From Bdellovibrionia bacterium (lineage in GTDB: Bacteria; Bdellovibrionota; UBA1018), in assembly GCA_049424145.1 (NCBI GenBank), contig JBMSSC010000060.1, forward strand, positions 1 through 15,702: a DNA stretch of 15,702 nt, given 5' to 3'. Made by a program: the position numbers and the translations under genes. Shown in pieces: positions 1 to 7,500 of this stretch. The number at the start of each line of letters is the position of its first letter. Positions within the stretch are counted from its first letter, which is position 1. The notes under the pieces were generated by a model that worked only from the letters and a program-made list of their open reading frames with translations, was not told the origin of the DNA and did not search any database.

Positions 1-2
1 CC

Positions 3-89
3 AGCATGCGAGCATCAAGCGAAGTAGGCCAAGCCGTGGATTACGACCGTGAACTGAGTATCTTGAATCGAGTAGAAGGTGTTCATTAA
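3..89 (+). CDS. Possible 3' end of a gene entering from the left edge (…SMRASSEVGQAVDYDRELSILNRVEGVH*)
   Basis: Frame 3 is open from the window edge to TAA at 87-89 and converges on the recombinase gene. No recognisable motif. Confidence 0.3.
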   Translation, partial: SMRASSEVGQAVDYDRELSILNRVEGVH

Positions 90-112
90 TTAATCAAGAT
101 TGCTGTCTCAAA

Positions 113-193
113 GTCATTGACACGTTCCGCAAACTGATGGCAGCGTTAGGTACCCTATTCCCAGGTATCCTAAGGCACCTGTTTGTGAATGAC
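113..193. other. Long imperfect stem-loop downstream of the recombinase gene (terminator-like or RNA element)
   Basis: Nested complementary segments: GTCATT(113-118)/AATGAC(188-193), GCAAAC(129-134)/GTTTGT(181-186), TTAGGTACC(146-154)/GGTA-T-CCTAA(164-173). Confidence 0.4.
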
Positions 194-231
194 ATCAGGA
201 TCAAAGTCCCTAGAAAGACTGTAGGAGGATT

Positions 232-1149
232 TTATGCTGTGACTTGAGGATTCGATTTGGACTTCAGTAAAGGCTCATACGAGCGAAAAGCATAAGTCGT
301 TTTTAGTCCTAGCCTTGTTTGGATTTCCTGCTGAGAGAGTCCTTTTTCAAACCAATGGAGAATCACTGAGTGTCGAAAGGTTCGTGGAGTGAGTTCTGGG
401 AAACCGAGTTTTGGTCCATAAAATTTGACCATTAACTCAATCCCACGCGGAGAAATTGCTTCGCCTAGTGGGCCAAATTTATTGAATCCTAAAAAAATAG
501 CTCGGTTATTGAATTTCTGCTTTGGAAACTCCGATTCAGAAAACCGCTTAAGCCTCAGTAAGCGCTCATGAAGAGGGGCGGAAAGAAGAATAGACCTAGG
601 CTCAGGGAAACCTAGTGTGAGCTTCCCTTGCTCCCCAATGTTTTCATATCGGAGTTGACCTGCTTCACTGACGAGGCATCCTGTTTCAGCCAAAACCCAG
701 AGGAGAACCTTATTTCTAAGGTCTAAAAGGGTCTGCTCAGGAAGCTTTACAATTGCATTCATCAGAAGCGGGGTGGAAACGGTAAAAGGAATTCTTTCGA
801 TCTTGTGGGGAGTGGGAATTTTTTTAGCTATCTCGGGTGAGACTTTTTTCCGCTTTGCTAGGTAGTTCAAGAATTGAGTAACAGTGAGTATCTTTCTTCG
901 ACGCGTGTTGGTTTTCTGTCCCAGTTGGGCCAAATGGTCTTGAAAACGATTCAAGTCTTTTCGCCCAACTTGATCCAAGCGAATGGGCTTCTTCTTATAT
1001 TCAGAGCAAATGAAGCGCTCAAAAGCCTTTAAATCCAAACGATAATTCTTAATGGTATGATGAGATTTTTCGGTACCCTCAAGGTACCCTATAAAACTTT
1101 GAATCGCATAGGCAAAGGAGACTGGTTTGGGTTGAGTTTTTTTTTTCAT
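232..1149 (-). CDS. XerC/XerD-like tyrosine recombinase family protein with atypical (degenerate) active site, 305 aa
   Basis: N-terminal core-binding domain (FIGYLEGTEKSHHTIKNYRLDLKAF…TRRRKILTVTQFLNYL), PK-x-x-R-x-P-like linker, box I RNKVLLWVLAETGCLVSEA, box II TPRTFRHS…IQTRLGLKTTYAFRSY. ATG at 1149 preferred over 1191. Confidence 0.85.
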   Translation of the reverse strand: MKKKTQPKPVSFAYAIQSFIGYLEGTEKSHHTIKNYRLDLKAFERFICSEYKKKPIRLDQVGRKDLNRFQDHLAQLGQKTNTRRRKILTVTQFLNYLAKRKKVSPEIAKKIPTPHKIERIPFTVSTPLLMNAIVKLPEQTLLDLRNKVLLWVLAETGCLVSEAGQLRYENIGEQGKLTLGFPEPRSILLSAPLHERLLRLKRFSESEFPKQKFNNRAIFLGFNKFGPLGEAISPRGIELMVKFYGPKLGFPELTPRTFRHSVILHWFEKGLSQQEIQTRLGLKTTYAFRSYEPLLKSKSNPQVTA

Positions 1150-1235
1150 GAATGCCCCGTGCCTAAAAAGTACCCTAGACCTGAGAGGCATTCAAGTCAC
1201 TTGTGAACCTCTCTGGCCTAAATGCCGAAGCTTCT

Positions 1236-1371
1236 GGGGGATTAGCCCAGTTTGCGCTTCCACGAGCGTGCGATTTTCGGGATATTCCACCCTTGTATCG
1301 TCTTATCCTGCCCTCCACGCGCACTTTAGCTTACTGGGGGCGGGAACCCAAGCGGTGAAGGCTAGCCCCCC
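1236..1371 (-). ncRNA. Candidate structured non-coding RNA or leader upstream of the recombinase (unassigned family)
   Basis: Terminal pairing GGGGGATTAGCC/GGCTAGCCCCC. Nested pairs CCCAGT/ACTGGG, GTGCG/CGCAC, GGGATA/TATCCT. Locally GC-rich, and loops are purine-rich on the minus strand. Confidence 0.4.
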
Positions 1372-1528
1372 TCTCAAGAGACGGGATTTCGGGCCAGATA
1401 ATTTAGTTCAAGGGTGAAACAGCCGATTCAAAATTAACCCTGGATTGACGCGCTCTGTGCGAGGAATTTTAGGGCTGGATGTCGTGTACCTCTTTGAGGC
1501 CGTGAAGTCTTTCCTAGAAAGTCAACTC

Positions 1529-2236
1529 TCAATAAGGCATTGGGCTTTCTGGGATGGATTGGTACTGAATTGGGTCGACCAACCCGTTCTGCTGAAAGCC
1601 AGCAAGGCGTAAATGACAAGCATCACACGCTCCACAGGCTTTTCCCTCTTCTGAAGGATCATAACAGCTGTTGGTCATCGAATAGTCGACTCCCAACTTT
1701 AATCCCTCTCGGATGATTTCAGCCTTCGTCAACCTCAGAAGAGGCGCATGAAACTGAATCCCCCCCTCCTCTACTCCCAAAGCGGTTGCTAAGTTAGCCA
1801 TCCGTTCAAAAGCGGACAAGTACTCTGGGCGACAATCCGGGTAATTGCTATAGTCGAGTGAATTAATCCCTAAAAAGATCGATTTCGCTCCCAAGGTTTC
1901 TGCATAAGCTAAAGCAAAACTTAGAAAAATTGTATTTCGAGCGGGAACGTAAGTGATTGGAATTTTTTTAGATTCTGCATCAAAGGCTTTTGATTTGGGA
2001 ACTTGAATTTCGTCGGTCAATGCAGACCCTCCAAACTGTCGTAAATCAATTCGAACCAGTTGATGGTCCTGGATGGGGTATTTTTTCAAAATCTTCTGCA
2101 CACAGTTAAGTTCCACTGAGTGCCTTTGTCCATAATCAAAGCTTAAGGCATAGAGCTCAAACTCTTGTGCATGAGCCATAGCTAAAACGGTTGTTGAATC
2201 TAATCCCCCACTGAAAAGGATCACAGCTTTTTTCAT
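1529..2236 (-). CDS. queC: 7-cyano-7-deazaguanine (preQ0) synthase
   Basis: SGGLDS PP-loop, [22 protein letters not shown], and zinc motif C-x8-CxxCxxC ([18 protein letters not shown]). Confidence 0.97.
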   Translation of the reverse strand: MKKAVILFSGGLDSTTVLAMAHAQEFELYALSFDYGQRHSVELNCVQKILKKYPIQDHQLVRIDLRQFGGSALTDEIQVPKSKAFDAESKKIPITYVPARNTIFLSFALAYAETLGAKSIFLGINSLDYSNYPDCRPEYLSAFERMANLATALGVEEGGIQFHAPLLRLTKAEIIREGLKLGVDYSMTNSCYDPSEEGKACGACDACHLRLAGFQQNGLVDPIQYQSIPESPMPY

Positions 2237-2396
2237 GTTTAAACTTTCTAAGGAAGCGACAAGGCGCTTTTTTTTCTGCGTAAGGGACCTCTTTTAAACC
2301 CAGGGCTTCTTGAATTTCAAGGGTTTTCTTTAACTTTTTCTATAAAAAATGAGAAAAAATTGAGTTTATCGAATTGAAACTAGAAAACAAGAAGGT

Positions 2397-2597
2397 AAGA
2401 CTTGGTCAACCTGTGATGCTCTTTCGGGTCCCTCAGAGTTGAGCAAGCTGAACGTGAGGCATTGGGTATGCACTAGTTGTGGAGCTAGTCATGATCGCGA
2501 CATAAATGCTGCGATCAACAGACTCAAAGCTGGGGTGAGGTACACCCTCGAAAAGAAGGTTGGTAAGAATAAAATCAAACTGACCCAGCTGAAATGA
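2397..2597 (+). pseudogene. tnpB: 3' fragment of IS200/IS605-family TnpB (zinc ribbon + RuvC-III), 5'-truncated
   Basis: Hand translation: KTWSTCDALSGPSELSKLNVRHWVCTSCGASHDRDINAAINRLKAGVRYTLEKKVGKNKIKLTQLK*. This matches the TnpB C-terminus TCSxC…WxCxxCGxxHDRDxNAAxN. The first Zn-ribbon Cys appears as Trp. In-frame stop upstream at 2361-2363 and no RuvC-I/II. Confidence 0.85.
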
Positions 2598-2657
2598 AAA
2601 AAACGAAGCATGCACCTGCTGCTTAAAACGGCCCTGGATGGGCCGCCAAGTCGTTTT
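2532..2657 (+). other. Hairpin cluster at the tnpB 3' end (omegaRNA/right-end-like region; may also terminate the convergent gene)
   Basis: GGGGTG/CACCCT (2532-2548), AAGCA…TGCTT (2606-2624), and CGGCCC-TGGAT-GGGCCG (2629-2645) enclosed by AAAACG/CGTTTT. Confidence 0.45.
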
Positions 2658-2669
2658 GTGCCGAGAGGC

Positions 2670-3887
2670 TTATTCAAAAACCAAATAAATCGGTTTCAGA
2701 TTTCGACTACCCCCACAATCTAAGGCCCTGAAATCGATTGTGGTGGCAACATTGGGTGCAAACCGCGAGTTGAGGATGACCTCGCTCACAGTAGCAGTGC
2801 CTCTAGCGGCTTTTTCAATCAGGTCAATCATCACATAGGGACTTGAGGTTTGGATCCCTTGGGTGCTGTACGGCGTTGAGTGACCATTGCTATAAGTGTG
2901 CACCCCATTAGTCGTTAGCTGAATCCCTTCAGGATGAAAGGCAATTCCCGTTCCTTCTGTGGGTGAAGAAATGGTCGAATCCCCTGTTCCCCATGCACTA
3001 AAGTAGGATCTCAGGTTGCTTGGCCTGAGGGAGGTGTTACGTGGATAGACCCCTGCTAAAAAGAAATTATCGATGCTAATTGCCGCTTCTGAGAGCTCTC
3101 CTTGGGAGGAAATCGAGCCGCCAATGAGTCGGACTTTTCGATGACCTGCAAGAGTCACCGTTCCATCGAATCGAGCCATTTTATAGGGATGCCAAACTGT
3201 GGAGAGACTTCGTTGATCCGAGGGTATATCGTGAATTCTGGATAGCACGGATGAGTCATGGTTTTCTGGTGAGGTTCCAGTTTGAGAAGATGATCCAGAA
3301 AGAGAGATTCCCTCTTGGGTCATCGGGTAATAATAGCAAGTACCAGAGCCAGTTTCATTTTGTTGAGGAATGCTGAGACTTCCTGATTGCGTAGATAAAG
3401 TTTTTTCTGTCGGACTGAAAATGAGCTTCTCATAATGAGTGCACTCAAAGTTTGGATTGACGCTAGGCAAAACGCAAAATCCTAAAGAATCAGGTACGTA
3501 CCCTTCATCACAATGAGTCAGAACACAAGTTTTAGGCAAATTACAAGTTTGTATGCCAACGCCATTGGTGATTCGACATGTTTCTGTGCAAGGCGAAGGA
3601 CTAGGACTAGGACTAGGACTAGGAAGAGGATCAGGGTCTGGATTTGTAGTTGGTGAATTAGCAGAAACTTGTTGCACGATTTGAGATTTATCGTCTGGTT
3701 TAAACTTTTCAATCGAGTAATTTTGCTCCATACAGCCAGTGAGGATCCATGTGAATACTAGTGTGAATCGTAGAACTATGCGTGGTGAATCAATTTCACC
3801 CAAATTGGGGTTGTTCTCTAAATAGGGAGGTTCAAGATTTGGTTTTTTCATGAGATCATGTTCGACTTTTCTGAGCTTGTTACCCAT
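2670..3887 (-). CDS. Hypothetical secreted lipoprotein with Pro/Ser linker and Cys-rich module
   Basis: 405-aa ORF. Hydrophobic stretch ends in lipobox-like ILTGC, followed by a PDPDPLPSPSPSPSP linker and a Cys-rich segment CTETC…C…C…C…C. True start may be downstream of 3887. Confidence 0.75.
   Translation of the reverse strand: MGNKLRKVEHDLMKKPNLEPPYLENNPNLGEIDSPRIVLRFTLVFTWILTGCMEQNYSIEKFKPDDKSQIVQQVSANSPTTNPDPDPLPSPSPSPSPSPCTETCRITNGVGIQTCNLPKTCVLTHCDEGYVPDSLGFCVLPSVNPNFECTHYEKLIFSPTEKTLSTQSGSLSIPQQNETGSGTCYYYPMTQEGISLSGSSSQTGTSPENHDSSVLSRIHDIPSDQRSLSTVWHPYKMARFDGTVTLAGHRKVRLIGGSISSQGELSEAAISIDNFFLAGVYPRNTSLRPSNLRSYFSAWGTGDSTISSPTEGTGIAFHPEGIQLTTNGVHTYSNGHSTPYSTQGIQTSSPYVMIDLIEKAARGTATVSEVILNSRFAPNVATTIDFRALDCGGSRNLKPIYLVFE
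3597..3624. repeat. (AGGACT)4+ hexanucleotide tandem repeat encoding Pro-Ser linker
   Basis: aggact aggact aggact aggact agga read directly from the sequence. Confidence 0.9.
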
Positions 3888-4537
3888 CTAATGATGGACT
3901 TTTTTAGTTTACTTTAATTTTTATTAATAAATAAGAGTGTATAAAATTACACATCTCAAATCTTCTCCTGTTCTGATGGCCTCTAGAAATTGAATGAATC
4001 GAAAAAAATTGGGGTAAAAAAAGATCATTACGGAGTTTATTCGAGAGAATTTAGAGACCTAATAGCACCCTTATTGAAGAGTGCCCTTAACACTCGTAAC
4101 TGAGTTTACTTTATAAACCGGTGGTCTATTGTTTGTGTTAAAGGATATGCGCAGTTAAATAGGCAAAATCAGTGGGGGCTTTTTAATCTCCATCTTCAAT
4201 CACAGCAAATAGACATGAGCAATTGATCTCTAAATCTTTAAAGCCTCACTTCTACATCAGCCAAGGAGCTTGGGATTAACAGTGGTATTAGCAGCGGGTC
4301 CGTTCAGGCTATTTGTTAAGAATATGTAATTCGTCGCCTCTCATTCAAAAAGAGGAAGTTACGTGGGAGAGTCTCTCAGGTTTCCAACCGATCCCTAAGG
4401 GTGCGACATTGACTCAGCAAAGAATTTTGCTCCAAGTCGGACGTAAGTCGCCTGAAGCAGGGAACGCCTATTATCGCCTACTCAAGTAGGAGATCAAATG
4501 ATCATTCTGCAGGCCGGTGAGCCGTCGACTTGAGGGA

Positions 4538-7500
4538 TTAAGGTGTACTTGTTCTTAGCTTCTGACTTGCTGACTGAATCTCCAGTGGAATTTTTGCTAA
4601 AGGCACTCCCCCAGACGTGAGTACGGAGATTAAACCCGTAATTGAGCACCTTCCTTCTTGAAAGCATGGCGTTTGAAGCAGAACACTGCGACTCACCTGA
4701 TCGGGCGACATCTCATAGGACACTTCAAATCCCCTGTTCCCTGCTTCCGTCTGATCCTCCATAAACTGCAACATCCCGAGCTCGGGTTCAAAACTCATGA
4801 ACTGGGAAAACTGAAAACGAAGAAGAGACGGCGACTCAGAGGAGAGGACCTTGAAAGCATAGTGGAGTTGTGAGCTGGGCTTAAAAATGACCTCTTCACG
4901 ATCGGTAGGACCTGTTCCACTCATCACCGGATGACAACTAGGGTCCGATAGGTCTTGGGCTTTCTTATCACAGCCAATCACCAAAAGATCTAAATCTGCC
5001 TCAGATGAGCCGCTGATCGTGGCGCGGACCAAGTTCACGCCTTCTAGATATTCGTGAAAAACACGTCCGTCTTGCTTCACCATCACCTCCCCTGCTCCCG
5101 AGATGACTTCCTCGTGAGAAGTCTTAAGTCCTTGCAGCTCATAACGACTCACTCTCGGATCAGGCCCCACAGGTAGACTCGCCTCATTAAATTGCACTCT
5201 AAAGCGTCCACTCAGACTGAGAAAGTCTCCACGAATCTCCTGAATACTGCTTGAAGATTTAAAGTAATCGACGGTGAGCGTGTAGTCAGAATTGGGCACA
5301 GGGTAAGATCCAAAAACGTGTAAGTCCCAAATTCCACTCATCGGCCCAGGGATAATCTGGCGAACTCTTCGTTGAGAGAGACTGTCAATGGGGCGTCCCG
5401 ATGAATCACAGTTACTCACTCGAGCTTGACTTCGAGAGGCAAAAAGTTTGGACGTATTTTTTCCAATTAATGCCATCAACTCAACAGACGAACAGTGACT
5501 CTGTGCGGTTTTATTCCCCTGATCATCCAAAACAACAGGGGGAACTTCTAAAGTGACCTGAACAAACGACGTACCCTCGGGAACTTTGAGATAATTTCGC
5601 TGACCCTCAAAGCTTTTAATCGAGCGACTAATCACTACAGGCTCCGAGCTGGATAACTCCTGGTGTGGGACCGTCATAAAAATCGGTACGGTAAAGGACG
5701 GTAACACCGCCACTTTTCCATCCACGATCCGGTAGGCTTGAATTAAAGCACCATGGTCTCCGGGTTGCAGAGTGGCAATTTTGGCTTCATCCATGCAAAG
5801 ATTCAAGGTGCTGAATTTGGATAAGTTCAATCGACCGGAATGGTGATCGAGGGTTTCCACGGTGGCTCCTTCACCGATCAGAGCAAATTCCGAGTCCTCT
5901 GGGCTTGAGCAATCCAGATCATCTAAAGTCCCAGCGCGTACCCAGGGCTGATCTGAACCATAAATGTAAGTCTTCAGAAGAAACTCATCTTGGGTCGTCC
6001 GCAATTGCATCGTCAGATCCCCCACCTGAGGATGCGAGGCCCATTTCTCAGGGAGTCTTCGAGACACTCCAATCGGATAAAGAGGCCTCACCTCAGACGC
6101 ATTCAAATAGAGACCTTCTCCAAAACTAGGACCTCCAGTAGCCTCCTGCCTGCTCCCGTCATAAGCAACTCCCGATGGGTTTTTAATCGGCACTAGAACT
6201 TGATACTCCAGTTCAACGGGCTTTCCTTCTAAGCTAACAGCGCTCTCCAATTGGGCCTCCCTCAGCTCAAAGAGCTTGCTCCAAGCCTGAGGAAGGTCCA
6301 GCATCCCCATCCCTTCATCGGCCCAGGTGTAGGGGCCCTTTTGATACTCTCCTTTTTCAACATCAAAGCGTGAAACTCGAAAGGGACGTGCACTTTCCAT
6401 GAGCACTTGCCGTAAAGCAATCGCATCGGTTGTTAAGGGGGTTTCAGGATAGCGATGATTGTATTTTTTGATCGCATCTAAAAGCAGTGCAAATGCCCCC
6501 GTTGCAGACGGGGCTGCCATGGAGGTTCCCCAATACACCTCAAGTCCCGCATGATGGCCAGGCGGTACGTTCAACTGCACGGCACTGAGTTCCGTTCCCG
6601 GTGCCACGAGATTGGGCTTAAAACCACCAGCCGCCGTGGGGCCTCGACTGCTAAAAAACAGCAGGAAATCATCCGATTTCGATACGTCATCTTGGAGCTC
6701 GGATCCCCCAGCAGGCCATTGATACTGGCGACGAATCATGGAGGCAGAAGCAGTTGCGCCCACACTCAGGGAGTACTTCGCTGCCGAGGGACTTCCAATG
6801 GTTTGACGTCCTGGTCCTGAGTTTCCTGCTGAGATCACAAAAAGAACATTATAGACTTGAGTGAGGCGATTAATCACCAGGTCTTGAACGGAAAAGCCAT
6901 CGTTATATTGAGTGAGGCGCCCGAGGGAGAGATTCACCACATCCACGTGGGCTTGAGTCACTAAGTCAATGGCGGCCTCCACAAAAGAGCACCCGGAGGA
7001 ATTGGCACAAGCACGGTTCACGGCCAGGGTCGCTTCGGGCACCACACCTCGAGCCAACGTATTGGAGCGATCATTGGTGATTGTTTTTCGGCCTGCAATA
7101 ATTCCTGAGACGTGCGTTCCATGATTACCCGGATCAAAGCCCACTAAGGAGACGCTTCGAACAGAGATACTCTGCTCAGGCTTCACTGAGGGTAAAACTT
7201 CATCTTTAAAATCAAAACCAAACTTCTCTGCAAACGCCGCAACGCTGGCGTGAGTTATATTCCAATCACCCAAGGGTTTGGCATTTCTAAAATCCCCTGT
7301 ACCGGAGGGGTCCACATACACCACGTCTTGAGCGGGAGTTTTTCCTGGGACAAAAATGAGGTAAAAGTGAGTATTCGTTTTACCGTCCCCGTTGATGTCC
7401 ACCGGTTCGCTGCCTTGAAAGTTCTCTTCACTCAGAATTCCTAGTTTCGCTCCACTACCCGGCTGCAAAAGAAGCGATCGAAGTTCGGGGGACACCCGAA

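Noticed and set aside
1340..1400. Cobalamin-riboswitch-like GGGAA…GGTGAA…GCCCC on the plus strand
   Set aside because: No ACTGT or B12-box, and no downstream plus-strand gene.
1236..1425. tmRNA, SRP or 6S assignment for the structured region
   Set aside because: No T-arm/CCA and no SRP helix-8 CAGG…GNRA…AGCA. Only a short GTTCAAGGGT…ACAGCC resemblance to 6S, without the matching 5' strand.
1148..1619. ORFs 1148..1417 (+) and 1434..1619 (-)
   Set aside because: No recognisable motifs or RBS; they overlap the structured region or queC, so likely spurious.
1529..2236. queC as part of a Dpd/QatC-type DNA-modification or defence system
   Set aside because: Canonical length and motifs of housekeeping QueC, with no dpd, qat or other defence genes adjacent.
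2237..2340. preQ1 riboswitch upstream of queC (minus strand AGAGGTCCC…AAAAAAAA)
   Set aside because: An A-rich tail is present, but there is no complementary P1 stem or conserved loop.
2433..2677. Two short minus-strand ORFs
   Set aside because: They are antisense shadows of the tnpB remnant.
4292..4489. Short open stretch (…EVTWESLSGFQPIPKG…AYYRLLK*) in the spacer
   Set aside because: No convincing start or recognisable family; it may be a decayed gene but this cannot be supported.
4658..7444. Several small plus-strand ORFs
   Set aside because: Antisense to the well-supported S8 peptidase.
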